NCBI GenBank assembly: GCA_040954595.2
Contig: CM082593.2
Span: 3,179,434-3,243,433 of the forward strand
Origin: Balanoglossus misakiensis
Lineage: Eukaryota; Animalia; Hemichordata
Direction of reading: 5' to 3'
DNA length: 64,000 nt
Below, piece by piece: positions 39,201-53,700 of the stretch. The position numbers were made by a program, and so were the translations under genes. Every line of letters starts with the position of its first letter. Position 1 is the first letter of the stretch. The notes under the pieces were generated by a model. The model saw only the letters and a program-made list of their open reading frames with translations, was not told the DNA's origin and searched no databases.

Positions 39201-42200
39201 TCCAGAAAATAAATAAACGGCTCTTCTTTGACATGTATTCTGCAATGTGTCATTGTCGCTTTAAAAGGAGTCAACACCCAAAGAACATACATCACTCTAT
39301 TATGACAAATGTACATGTACATTGTCGTAATTTCCGACTTATGGATTAGTATTAAATAATAAAACAACGTTGATGTGCCCAACAAAAAAAACACCTGATG
39401 AAGTACAGACCGAAAACGGTTTTGATGCGAAATATAATTATAACAAAATATAATTTTATAAAAAAAATAACTCAGAAGATGAGTACGATAAAATATTCGC
39501 CAACTTCAATTGATTTTGTCTTTATGTTCGCCGACGGTTGCCTAGGGGGTTCGGGGTGCTTTGCTAGTCAATTTATCTCGCTAATCGCGCTAAATCGCTC
39601 CTTGTAACTGAAAACCCGAACACGCCAAATCGCTGCCAGTTACAGCAACCACGGCGTGCAGATACAGTATTTCACGTTAAAAGGCAGATGTCAGGAGTGG
39701 ACGTCTTTTTTCTGTGTCCACGTTTGATGTCTCCTTCTGGCAATCACTGCCTGATATGTACAGACACACTGTGTTCCCAGCGTGTAACAACCAGCTTTGC
39801 ATTACATCTATAAGTGATAGACACATAGAGTTATACTTTTCTATGTCATTTGTTTCAAACATATTTGATAAACCTATTTGGGGAATATTGGTGTATACTT
39901 CAGCCTAATAATCAAAAAGTTTGGTTCTTCGTTTTTTTAGTGGCTATGCCATTACTTTGTTAAATCCGGGTATGCGTGGGATGAGGTCCGCATTAGGAGT
40001 CGTATAGATATCTCCATCAGCGAACTGATCCATTTCGCGTTTAGTGGGTCGGCGTATTGTCCACGCTATTGAACAAATACATTAGGCAAACCAAACAGTG
40101 ACTCTGCCGTTAACACACCGCATTGGAACACTGCAGTGCCGCCGGTTCGTATCACGCGATCAATTCAGCTATTTTAGAGAAAGCGTGTTTGCTATATGGA
40201 CGGATAATTAATTAGCGTTTCCATCAAGATCGATTCGAGTGAGTTTGTGTGAGAGAGAGTTTAAGTATTTGCTATTGATGAAATTAATTCCGTGCATGTG
40301 ACACCAGATCACACGGAAATGGCGATCAATTAGGATCAGGACCGTTGAACAAACTTAGGAAATACCCTAAAGTTATGAATGATTGGAAAACATATACTGA
40401 CGAAGTGTCGAATGTCATTTTCTTGTAATTTAAGCGGGCGTGTTTCCAGAGTAACAGTATACCTATTTGAGTTTGCGTTTTTATATTTCATCTAGAAATA
40501 ATATTCCTTATTTCTGAAGGGATTGAACAGTAGCCAGACAGCTAGGCACGATGGGAAACTAGACGGCTTAACGAAATTGGCCGAACAGCTTAACGAAATT
40601 TACCGAAGCTCAGCACACGTACACTTCGTGACACTTTCTATAAGAGGATTGGCCATCTCTGATTTACCTTGTAGACGTCAAATTTGTTTACCGTATTACG
40701 TCGAAAACGCTTCAGTGAATAACCAGCGAGCGTTTCTTCGCTGCCCATAAAGTAGATTTATCATGGTTTTACTTTCTCGGGAAAATACACGTCACGGTGA
40801 TGTACGTTTCATGAGAATAACATTTGGAAAATCAATTATTTCTGTGTGGAACACATTTAGGCTGCCGGGGAGGTTGATATGTTGTTTTTAGAATCACCAT
40901 GTATAGAGAAACCCAAAGGGCAACTTTTAAGTAAAAATGCATCACGTACAATGGAAATGACTCGTCATCACGTGTACTGGGCTGTCACATTTCTGGTGAC
41001 CCATCAGAACAAAAGTAAAATGGCTGCACCACTGCCTTCCTTGATTTCACCATAAACCGTGTAAAAGTATGTTCCCATGTGAGCAATATGACGAGAGAAA
41101 GCAAACGAAATCCCCCTTCAAACATGAGCAGCGAATATATCTGGGAAATTGGCCATTCCTTCCCAGTTGTTCCGTTTCGATTTACCCTCCAACCTCGTTT
41201 GCTCTCCGAGCTGGTGACTATACGAAACAATAGCGACTAATTGCTAATTACATACCGTGGGGTCTGTCGCTAAGTACATCCGTGTTACCATGGAAATGGC
41301 ACATCAATATTAAACCAAACCAAACGACGTGTACCCTAGAAACCACTTCATCATGGTTCCCAAAATACCGAAAAGAATGCGTACTGCTGAAGCAGTCATG
41401 TTTTCAAGTATGCGTGGCACAGTCCATCATTAGAAGGGGTATTTTCTTAAACTTACAGATTCGCCTCGCGCAGAAAGCATGACTTTCAGTTAGCTGGATT
41501 TGTGATTTCGTTTGGAGCTAATTTGCTGTTTAAATTAGCGATAATCTTTGATCTGTCCTCTATGGCTGCCGGGGAGTCGTCTATTTATCGAACGCTATTA
41601 ACGGATTAAAGGCACTTTCCTCCGCAGACTCAAATTGAATATTGATCTCTGAAATACCGCAAGAGCGGTGCATATATTAATGGAACTGTTCAAATGAATT
41701 TAAACAGTACAGTACAGTATATTATACTAGTAGTATGTGATGGAGTTAATACTTGCGGTTTCCAGATTCATGCAGTAAATTAATGGCCTATTACTTGTTA
41801 GTCCATATAATGATTCCATCATAAACTTTCCAGCTTTCTTTATCTCGTTCACGCATGCAGTCTCCATCAATCATAATATCAACGCATTCTAGTATCATTA
41901 AAATCTGTAATTGATTTCAATGTATTTTCCTCAAAAATTTACGATACACTTTCCGACTACAATTCGTATTATCACAGTCTCCAGGGCATAGCCTGTAAAC
42001 ACAGATATATCGTTGCCCCTTCATGAGCCAAATTACATGTACAAATATGCACATCACCGGAATACATTCGGTGGCAAGGAAACTCACATATACGGGTTTA
42101 TTTCACTATACCGTGCTTACGATAAAATTACTACACATTTTAAATGTTTTAAGCTTGATGAAACGCTACTATATTTAGAACAGTTTCTTATACATGAAAA

Positions 42201-45200
42201 CGCAACTCTTGTTGGTAGAAACTTTTTATATGGGAATGTGGTGGTATGGCTGTAAGTAAACGTTTAATTCTCCATGATGGAAGAGACCCGACTTCCGGGG
42301 AGTTTTAAGTGCACTTCCGCCTTTTTAGAAACTTGTGAACCTCAATCAAATATCACCTTGACGATTCTTGCTTTACTATGATTTTTTTTCTCAATCACGC
42401 CATGATAGCACGAGAGTGTCGCGATAGGAAGTGCGTCTGTGTGTATCGCTGCACGGCTGCGGCGCTATCGGGCAACACAAATGGCAATCGATTTTTGTGC
42501 TCTTGTGTTTGGTATTTGTTGTTTAACTTTTACCTAGTGCAGGCGGCAGGTATTTCTGATAAAAAGCAAGGTCGTCGCCTTGAGCGAAACCGTGAATAAC
42601 TCCATCGCTTCAATGCTAAAGCGCATAACGTGCGACCAAAGTGAAACTTCAGCAGTCATACATTGTACACGTGATCCTCCGTATCGATACACTCATGGTC
42701 GTTTGACAGACCCTCTTCGTCAAATCTTGCAAAATTAAGCGGCGAAAATTAAGGGATTGTCATGACAACATAATGGATGTAACTGATTATGTGGCACGAT
42801 CAAAATACACATTTCCAGTAATTGTCGAATCAATATTAATGATGGAAAATAATTTTCCCCTTCCCAATATTTTAAAGTAGGTCTCGCTGAGTGATATGCT
42901 TCGGGGTGACTATTTAAATTGTGAGCAGTCGACTACAAACTAATTACCGCATATAAGCTCGGTTGCAGACAACTAGAATCAGTTTAATAGAATGAAACCG
43001 ATCACTTTGTCGTGAACTTTGACCCTTCTCAACTTTTGACCATCACAGGTCAATTAACGGCGATACTGTCCATCCAAGGAAGAAAATATAAGGCGTTATT
43101 TCCAGTCAAACGTTTCGCTGCATTTACAGAAATGAGTTCAAAACAATCGCTTGCAAACAACTTTGACCAAGACGACGATTATTTACAACCTGACAAAGTG
43201 TTACTTTCTTCGTTTGCATTTTCATTAGTTTTCACATGTATTAGTTGTTGTTTTTAATTTATTATTTTTTAAATTTATTACACTGACAACGTTTTTGTAG
43301 TTTGATATATACCAACTTTGATCCCACATGAATACACCCTGCCTCAGAACAGTGCACGCTCGAATTGTCATCATGGAATTTACGATTTGTTTGCATCGCA
43401 AGTGACGAAATATAATTAGAGTTGTAATTGATAGCGCATCTGTTCGGAAATATTTCCATTTCATTCTTTGCTTCTAAGGGAATTTAAAAATTCATCATCT
43501 GGTGTATCGATTCCCAAGTTGTGCCCTGGTCTTCGGCCTGATTAAATGCCATTCAAACGAATATCTCACGAATTATCAAACGTGGCATTGGCGCCCCCCC
43601 CCCTCCCCCCGAAACATCTGCTCCTGCCCCGTATTGCTATATCACATTAAAGGGACAAAGCTCGCTCTTCTGTGATATCAAGAAAGCCGCGATACACACA
43701 TGCAAACGCCATGACCTTTCTTCCAATAACACTGAACTTGACCCGATTGGCGTGGGTACAAATCAGCTGTGGGAAGTCACAAATGATCAATAATTTGTGA
43801 GCCTTCTCTCCGTCTAGAGTTCAAGTCTTAATAATTGAACAGAAAACAACGTAAAACAGTTGAGTTCTTGTTCAGCTGGTGCGCAGTCGTGTCAGATTTA
43901 TGATATAACGAGCTCTTTTGCTGAGACAATTCAAAATTGCTTTCATCTTGCACGGTGGACCGTGTGTTCTTGTGTCGTAAAATACATATGTCATACTCTG
44001 TCCGTTTATAAGACTGACGTATAGAACTAGGACAAGGTACATGCATGCACAATGTATAACTTCAGAGTTGTCGAACTAACGTTACTACGTTTATGAACTA
44101 AGTCTCGCGAGATCTCGCAATGGGTGAAAAATCATCTACCGCAAGCATCTGAAACGTTTACAGCAGGGGAAAGCGAACAAACTTCTAAACGACACTGTGA
44201 GAGTTTGCGTACCCAATTTATAGTACTTCACCGACGGCTATAGTACCATCACCTGTATACACGACAGACTTTTGTCAGCAGGCAATGTGGAGATATACTG
44301 AAGGAAATGTGACTGTGATCTTCGATGTATCATTCCCTACAAACAACGCTATCACATACATGTTTCAAGGCGATGTTTCAATGAGACATTTCGCTAGCAG
44401 ATTCGTGTTTACAAAACGCGGTCATAACAGACGTACAGCTGCAACGGTGATTCCATTATAAACGATTTCTTGTATCTTAACCTGTTCGATAATTTGCAAA
44501 TGAAGTGCGTGTGCGCAGTCTCACGAGTCATTACACTCACGCCATCCGCCCCAAACCTATGTGAACTATACAACAAAAAGGAGTTTTGTATCTTCAAGTA
44601 CACTTCCGCACAAATGCCAGACCATTTTAAGCCAATAACAATCAATTATGCAAATAAGCTTCTGATTCCATCATTGCATGGAATCGTCTGGTGGATGTTC
44701 ATTAAAATATTTTCTAAAATGTCACAACAAATGCTAAATCATACACTTATTAACCACCAACCTCTCATTGGTGAGATGATGTCATAATTTGTAATCAGCC
44801 AGGCTGACAAAACATGATGAGTCGTTCGTTTTGATGCTACTTTGCCAGGGGCAAGTATTATACTTTTCTCGTTGTCTTGATTAGTTATTGATGAGTTGAT
44901 GAAAATTGCCAGAAAAAAAACGATACCTCATAGTCAGTAACTGATCAGAGCTGATCAAATTTTTCGCACCCACCCACTTAACAGCCCACGCACAAAGTGA
45001 ACGTTTTCCATCGTGAATATTTACCTGGGCGCCATCTTTATCGTGGTGAAAGCAATGGCAATATTGTCAATTGCATTAAATCGAAGAAAAGTAAATATAA
45101 CAAAATATTTGAACCGATCGTGTTATCGGGCATGTAAAACCCCGTCTCATCAAACGTCAATATTTATCTAGGCTGCCCTACGCTTTACACTTACTTAAAA

Positions 45201-47359
45201 ATTAACATGATTATTGTTTGAAAAGAGCGATAAAACAGAAGCTCATTTGCATAATTGATTGGTATTGACTTAATGTCTGCGATATTTACATAGTCCGGAA
45301 AAGGGGAAATTTACTACAGTGGTAATCGTAGAAACCTGACGATTGTGTGTACATCTATTAAATATTGGCGTTTTTAAAGATATTTAAGTATTTTCCCGAA
45401 GAATAGCAAAAAGGGGGTGACAGACAGACAGACGAGTGCAGGACTAAAATATATACGGCATCGCGATGATATCATCAGAATGACGCTTTAATTATGGGAA
45501 AAAAATCTGAAATGATGACTCTTTGCTAATTACGTCAGGGATAACGAGCTTAGATATTTAAGTGTCATTAAGGTCTGGCTCGATTTAAGCTTGTCACTAT
45601 CGTGATAGGGAACTGTTTATAGTTATAACCATTACATACCGAAAGCTCAAATGTTTCATCATTCTAAAGTTAGACATTAACTTGTAAATCTCGGCTCGTC
45701 ACTTTTCAATCGAACCACAGTGGGACAGGCTCATTCTGAACATGTCAGAATGATTTACAATATTTTTTATAGAGAAATTGTTTAATAATATTAATATTTT
45801 CGGTTTAGTTAGATTCAAAAGATTTCTATACTCCCCAGTACTTTCAACTCACCATGTCCTTACATAGCCCTAAGTTACGGGTAACAATAGCGGTCATGAT
45901 TTTGAAAGCATATCGAAGGGGCGTGCTCACATTCAGTAAAGATTTATGAAGACTTGTGAAGAAGGGTTTAATTAGCATTTAGATAATATATCACTTCACC
46001 GAACTAACAACGTTAACATGCAATATGCTTGCCGACGCGTCGATGTTTGGTGGCGTGTTTGTTTTAAAGTTATCCAGTTACTAACGGTAAACAGAAATAA
46101 ATATTCTTCATGAAAATGTGCAACCCGGTGAACGTGGACTTGATAACTCAGAGTCATGTGAAGATCCAAAATCGGTCGCTGAAGCATGGCCGTCACTTAT
46201 GATGACATTGTTATGTCAGATGCGTGTAACATAATGTCCTGGTTCCTTACATGAAACCGTATAACTTTCTATTACTTTAATTTGGAAAGAAACTGATCTA
46301 CAATCGACAGATATCTATACCGGCCTCGAGATTACAGGGAAGTGTACGTTGATACTAACAGCTTGCAGCCTATAGTTTCAGTTAAGTAAACTTTATGATA
46401 ATAAATATACTTTTATCGACATTTATTTTCCATCGTCATCTATTATATATAAGTTCCGTGGGCAATTTCGCGCCAGCTCGCATAAAAGATTTATCACGGT
46501 TTAACTCCTGTGTATACTGAGTCTTGTACACCGACAAAGACCCAGTCAGATCTAGCTAGCTACTCTCTATGATGTGAGATGTATACCAACATACACTAAG
46601 TTACAGTCGTACACTTTACAGTGTATCATGGGAAGTTTAAAAAAAACTTGGGCTTTAAAAGCTGCTGACAGCAATTTGTAAGTTTGTACAAAATCCCAAC
46701 AACGTATTCCAAGCTTACCTGTGTCTTTATCCCGGCTAAAACAGTGCCCCCGCAGAAGTTGCAACTATTTCAAGTAAACGACTCGTCTCGCGGCTTGCAA
46801 GTCCCGACCGAAGGTGCCTTTCGCTTTGAGATAACTGACATCGGGCCTAAATCAATTCAGGGATCATCTAATTTGCATAACTACATAGATTATGGATGAA
46901 GTCTGTAAAGGAATATTTGATTGGATTATGGAGGATGTCAAATGACTGTTTGCGTTGCTAGGGGCGGGAGTCAAACAAGAAAAATGAAACCATGGTTGCT
47001 TCATCGCGCCCCGTCAGAAATTATGAATTGTCCGCGGTCAATTAGAAGAAATCGATGAGTGTATTCTACAGAATATGACTAATCTGACAAAAAGAGAAAT
47101 CCAGCCACAAAGCCCCGTTGCTTTGAAACTTCCTGACAAGAAAGATAAATGGTACGCCATCAATTAGAGTTCTACTGTGGCAGAATACGAGCAATCACAG
47201 TAACAAATGGCAGCTGAAGAGAAGTCGTTTTCTGTGTTGAAAATTAGAAACTTCACACAGGGAAATTGTTCAATTAGCGCCCACAGCTTGACACCATACG
47301 TAAATCGGGTCACCTGATCATCTTTAAATAAGGAACATTGTGTAAGGTTGAAAAGCGCG

Positions 47360-47718
47360 TAGCTCGTCTCACACGCATGTTCCAACTGTTACACACGTTT
47401 AGTGAACAGTCAATCCCATAAGGCAGTGCTATGTCCTAACAACAACAACAACCGTGTACTTACTTGTGGCATGTTCAAGCATGGGCGGAGTCTTCCACAG
47501 GTGCAGGCGTAGATGCATAGCTCGTCCAGTGCTCTGCATGGACATGCCCCTCCCTTGCCTCCTGGCACACATTCCTTTGCAATTACACGATATAGGAAAG
47601 ACGGTAACTGCGTCTATTGCCGTTTCTAGCTCACCAAATTTGAAACTACCCGCGGCTGCTGCCATCTTGGATCACAATGACTTCTGGGAAGTTACGCGCA
47701 TGCGTGTGAGACGAGCTA
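47360..47718 (-). mobile_element. 359-bp non-autonomous DNA transposon with perfect 20-bp TIRs
   Basis: TAGCTCGTCTCACACGCATG (47360-47379) and its exact reverse complement CATGCGTGTGAGACGAGCTA (47699-47718); TAG...CTA termini; no clean TSD seen. Confidence 0.8.
47464..47665 (-). pseudogene. Frameshifted first exon of a CXC (tesmin/CRC-like, 9-Cys) zinc-cluster protein inside the mini-transposon
   Basis: ccaagATGGCA start, MAAAAGSFKFGELETAIDAVTVFPISCNCKGMCARRQGR, frameshift in the G-run at ~47547-47550, then ACPCRALDELCIYACTCGRLRPCLNMPQ and a donor CAA|gtaagt at 47463. No downstream exon before the TIR. Confidence 0.7.
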
Positions 47719-50700
47719 GACGCGTAACTCCAGAAAAAATACGCGTTGGTGTTTTTCAATGATTTCCTACCAATATATGGGTAACTAGAACGTCAAATTA
47801 AAACATAAATATAATATATATGTAGCTGTTTGAGTAAATTTGCTATTATTAGCTTAATTGGGATAACTGCGTCATCCTTACGTCATCGATTGCGTGGTAG
47901 TCGGTATAAATATTGGTGATACTAAGCTGCATTCTCTAAGCTGCATTTTTCGCTTTCACTCTACGTTCGACATAAAACTACAAGCAATACATTTCATCTG
48001 TGATTGTTGGATTTGTGTTCAGAATGTGCGGCGGGTGATGTTTTAACAGAATTTATCCCCCTGCCAACATTGCGAAATGGAAAGGAAGGTCGTGAAAAGA
48101 TATGCGTAACCAGATTGGACAGGGATGGATTAGCCCTAATCAGGCACTTATCTAAATTGCTGAGGTCAAAAAGCAAAATGTCGGATCGTCCGCTCATCTT
48201 AAATAGTTTGAACGCAGAATATATTGACGGAAAAGTTAAAAGGAGGCTTAGATTCAGGATTTATTTCGCCAGAACAGAATTGCTATAGGTGCAGGTTTCG
48301 CTTCCTCCGAATCGGAATCGGAATTTACGTCAGGCGATAAATATTGTGGTGTAGTAGGTCGGTTGTAAAAATTGATTGGCGCGCAAATTGCCTTGTGTTC
48401 AGCACTTGCTTAATTTAATAATATGGCTGCCTGAGACTCAACCATGCAGTAATTTGTCACATGTCGGCTTTGATAAGGTGGATCTAAATACACCAAATTT
48501 ACAAGCACGGCACTCCGGGTTCTCATTAGTGCTTCATTTAAAGCTACAGTTGAGGTTAACAATGTCATCGTTTTGGAGGCCCCCCTGGTGGAGATGTTTC
48601 AAGACGATCAATAAGTGTCTCAAAATAAAAAAAGCAATTTGAAAGAAACTCATTTGAACAGTCTGAATCATACAGTAAATGATAGGTGATTATTTCTTGA
48701 AGATTTTATCGGGGGATGTTTACATTATCAAAATGTTGCGAGTAAATGTTCCGTGGATACCACACAAAAGTTGCATGACGTCATCACATCGAAGTTTTCT
48801 CGTCTTTTTCAGTGTAGTCTGCTGTAATCCAAACTCAGTGTAATATTGTACATACTGGCTGGAGCGATGGTAATGTTTGTGTTCAAATTAAAATCTAATT
48901 CTGTCAGCTTTAGTTATTAAATTAATAAAGCAATCACAGCGGGCAGTAATGAAACAAAGAAAGCATTGAATGTCAAAATCATTGATCAGAAGCTTCTAAT
49001 TCGATTTATTTTTCATTCATTGACTTGCTTTATTTAATCCTGTGTCGATGTTTTACTCCAGAGCCCGGGGTCCCAGCCTTGTCTATTGATATGCAAATAT
49101 TGTTCGATCCACGTAATCAGAGCATTCTGTCGTTGATACGACTCAGAGAAATGATCTCAAGCTATGAATGAACTGACTCTACGCAGAAAACGTGGTCGTG
49201 TCAAATCACTAAGAGGTCGATACAACGAAGAGAATTTAATGTGTTTGTTTAACTGAATGAGAATAGAATTGTTAGCACCCCGGGAGGGGGGGGGGGCTTT
49301 TTGCTTGCTCTCTGGTTAATACGGAAGCGCTGCATTGATTAACATTAATTATCTAATTGACATAATTCTGATATCTCCATGGCCACATTTCGTACGTTTT
49401 GTAGGCCTAATAGATTTATTTTGTAAGGTATAACGCAGATGTATTCCTTACATTTCCACCAATTTGACACCCCCCCCCCCCGATAGACTCTCTTCCACAT
49501 AAATTATGCATAAACGTATATTTGGAATAAGGTTCAATGGCCATCATCATTTCCAAAAGACGTCTTGACGTCTTGCGCATGCCTACCGCAAGAACTGAGT
49601 TGGCGTCACTCCCAAATTTTGGACAGAAGTGCTCACGCCGCCATACGACCGAAATCAATAAGGGACTCTCCATCTCAACGAGAAACCCATCAATTTGGCA
49701 ATATACATCGCGTTGCCAATAGCTACCGCTGTGACGTATTAACAGCCCTCGATCTGACACGGGAGTGATGCGATTTTATTAACGTCATAAATGTATGTAA
49801 GTGATCAATGTTTGGAGTGTTGATAACATGTCAAAACTCCAAAGACAACTCGAGTCCTACTGAGAGTCATATAGTTGATTTTATATATTTATTTCCACAT
49901 ATGAAGTTGTGGAGAAATCGTCCAAAATGGTACTGTAAAGTCGTAATAATGTATTCAATGCGCATTCTTAGTAGACCCCGTCGATTAAATCTTATCAAAC
50001 ATATTATCGAAACGACAATCAATTAGCCAAGCAACTCTGTGGAGGAATTTCCCGAGAGATATTAGCTAATTAAATAGAAAGCTTTGACCCAGCCAGCCTC
50101 TTAGCAGTGTTTAAGGCGGCCCCAGAGAAATGATAACATCGGAAGCTAAATGGCAACTAATACTCGATTTACTTAACACCACTACTGCATTCCTGGCAGG
50201 CACGCACGCCAGCGAGTATACCGTCAAAAATCCCATCGAGGAGAATCTTTGATTGGATTTCCATGTATTTCGAGCACACCCTGACGGAATATTCACAAGG
50301 ACATGGTCTTCTAACTATCATGTGGTGGCGCTCTGAATCTTGAAGACAACGGCGCAGCCGCTGAAAGGTTAACGTCGTCGCCGCTTTCACCGGCGACGGC
50401 GCTGTACACAAGTACGAAAACTACTGGAAAAGGTATTAAAATTCCAGACGGCGTTTCCCTCCCATTATTTCATTAAACGGTTGCTTCTGCCTCACTGTCC
50501 TTCCAACTTGCCTTCCGTCGGTGGACATTTACAGAAAAGTTTACCTTTCCTGGTAAAATGACGTCGATTTCAATATCTGCCCGAAGATCGATATACACCG
50601 CCGAAATTAAACTGTGTTGAGTATCGATAATCAATTCGCTGCTTGGTATTTCAAATTAGAGCTCATCTACTCTCTGTTGGTTCAAAAAGGCCAGGGTTCG

Positions 50701-53700
50701 TGCTGGGTATCTTCTATTGTTGGCATACATTGGACACTGGGGAAGCTTGCGAAGCACCAGTGTACAGAGAATTACACCCAGTCAAAAAACTTTCTAATAT
50801 TGCCTTCTCACACCGTTTCTGTAAACTCCGTGTATCTTATCAACCCTTCATCACTTCACATAAATATTTAACTGTCTGTTTTCTCGACCGTCCTATCATT
50901 CGCCCATCTGCGCTCTTTAATTTCTGTCCCCCGTGTTGTTGCATTCATGGGGCAAAAACACATAGGGTTAATTACTTAAGGTACAGAGATGTCCCTCTAC
51001 TGTTGATTTATGCCTTCCCTCGAGTGCCGTTCAGCCTTACGATCGAGTTGACCATGAACATGACATTTAACACTCTCTGCCATTATTTCCCTGGAGGGGA
51101 GTGTTTTAAAGTGAACATCCAGTGGCTGGGGAACGGAATCCCACTACACACCTTTGCCTCTTCAGATCAACCCTCTGACCAGCGAGTCTCTGTGTCTCTG
51201 TGTGTGTCTCTCTCTCTCTGTCTCTCTCTCTTATTACCACACATGACCAACAGTATCCATCCTTACCAGTCAATTGATAGCAGGTGGTTTACGTTTAAAG
51301 GTAGAGGGCCTGGGCAAACAGAGGAGCACTTTAGTACTGTTTACTAAATTTCTGGCAACCTGTGCTCCGTTGAAGAAATCGAATGCTCCCGTGACCTTTG
51401 ACCTACACTTATCTGGTGAAATCAGCCCACTAAGAGGATAAGGTGATATCACAATGCAAGAGGTATTACCACTTTCCTACATCTAGATTTCATATGGTGA
51501 TTTGGTCAAATCCTTCGATACCTGAGACTAATGAAACACGTTTCTGCGCAGACTGTTTTGTACTGTTACAAGCACTTTTTATCCACAGGGATTTGCCTTG
51601 AATGGCAGAACGACTGCAATCTCCACTTCAGGAATTTCTTCTAGAAAAGTACAGGTGTCTGCCTGGATAATCTCCCCTTTTAACGAAAACATGGACTAAG
51701 AAACGTGCGCCAATATTATCCCGAGTATAAAACACAAGAAAGTGTTCCATAAAAAATTCCTGCATCATCTGCAGCTGAATTTAGTGATCAGAAGAATGGG
51801 TTGAATTCTCTAGTATCTGGATAGATTGTTTTGTGACACAGCTCCCCTCCGATATGTAATTACTGATCGATTTAGATTACTTAGCTTATATCATTGTGAA
51901 TATGGCAATATTATCAAGATATATTTGTTCAATTTTATGAGTGAAATAATTACATATACCCTTAGGGAACGCGTGTCCGCGCATCAACATGCATGTAGGA
52001 TTCGATGCGGTATGCCAACGAGAGAAGTCGAGAGCTCTTGAGGAACGTGAAATTATGCATGTAATGCAGTGCCCTATTTGTCTTTGTCATAAAAGAAAAT
52101 CGATCGATGTATGAAATATTCCTTGAGTAAACGACAGTATGAAGCTGAACTTAGAACGTCCCTATGTCTGTCTGTCTACTTGTCTGTCTTCTAACATGAA
52201 TATGCATACGTATACGTACATATGTACACGTGGTCATATACATGTATACGTGTACAGACATATGATGTCATCAACAGTGTAATGATCACAGATTCCAGTC
52301 ACAGTATTTACTTTGACCGTGACAACAAACTGAAGTCGTGAGTAGTTTTCAAACAACTTGAAAAGATCCAAAAATCAGCTGACTTCGGACAAGATAACCG
52401 ATGTTTAGTAAGATCGATGAGGTCATCTGTCAAGGTTAATTTCTAATCAATAGGTATGCCAGATGGTGTATTATTTATATGCCTTAATGTTCGAGTAATT
52501 TGCATACTTCATTAACCTTTTAAATGCACTTTTTTCGTTCTTGTAGGTATCACTGTGCATTTTAAGAAATGAAATTTTGGCAGATGTAGAAAATATGCAG
52601 AATATTGTCTTTTTAATTGATGAACAAAATCAGCAAGCATTTTATCTAACATATAGGTCGTTGAACTGTTGAACTGTTTTCGATCACGAGGGCAAACCCT
52701 CCTGGTAATCTACAAGACATCTACGTTTTCGAAACAACACAATCTTTCACTAAAAGACGAAAGTGAAATGTTTAAAACTTCCATTTTACGGAGAATCTCT
52801 CTCGAGGCGCGTTATATCATAAGATACGATTTAAGATTTATATGTGACGGCACGTGGGCTAGGAATGAAATTAATTTGATGCATTCCCTGTACCGGCTGC
52901 TCCCCGATAAGCAACGCACTTATGAGAGTTGGGTTGTTGTTCGGGTACTTTCCCGCTTGGAGTATAGAAACCATTTCATCTCATACTTCTGTCAAGGTTT
53001 GTTTTCGCGTGTGTCAGTGGGATCGTCAAAGGGGGAAGTACTTCTAGACAAAGTAGCGTCAAGTGTCGTTCATCTTCTTTTAATCGATTTCTTGATTCCC
53101 GGATCTACGCTGTGTCATATATATATCTTAATTGGCTTTTTGCGTTATCGAGGCAAATAAATTATCGATGCCAGTTTCGAAGGTATTAGATTTTTTAGCT
53201 TCTCAGTGCGGCTGGATTTAGATTAGGTACCTAATCCGCAGAGATCACGACAACCGTGTGTGCATGACTGTCCGCGGTGACGTGCAAGCAAAGAAGGAAG
53301 GTAGATGAATCCTGTTGTTGTACGATAGATTTGATTAAGTTTTCTCCTCGTTCTTATGCACGGATGGTATACATGGTGAACTTCTCATGGTATTTGTTCA
53401 ACTATAAGTTCTCTCGGTGTGGCCTAAATTGTTTTTTCAACTTTCAAACAAGACCCCCTGGGAGGCACGACGACCAGATGCACAGAAGCCAAAGTTAGAA
53501 ACATACTCGCCCATAGAAATTGAGCATAAACATCGCCAGCAACCTCACATGAATGCTAATTTCTATATTTTGTAATTACAGAACACTAATTGCATTCCAA
53601 GATCTTCTCCGTTTGAATTACCCTACCCACACGAATGGAATTCTGAATTCAATTTAATTTATGTGCACTGCAAGCTAAGCGACCGACTCGGATTCTGTGA

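Noticed and set aside
48578-48591. CTCF-like CCACCAGGGGGGCC (minus strand)
   Set aside because: The extra G replaces the nearly invariant C of the core motif.
50643-51347. 234-aa ORF, the longest in the desert (also 52669-53160)
   Set aside because: Non-ATG start, no domain, runs through a (CT)n/(GT)n tract, no coding-like composition.
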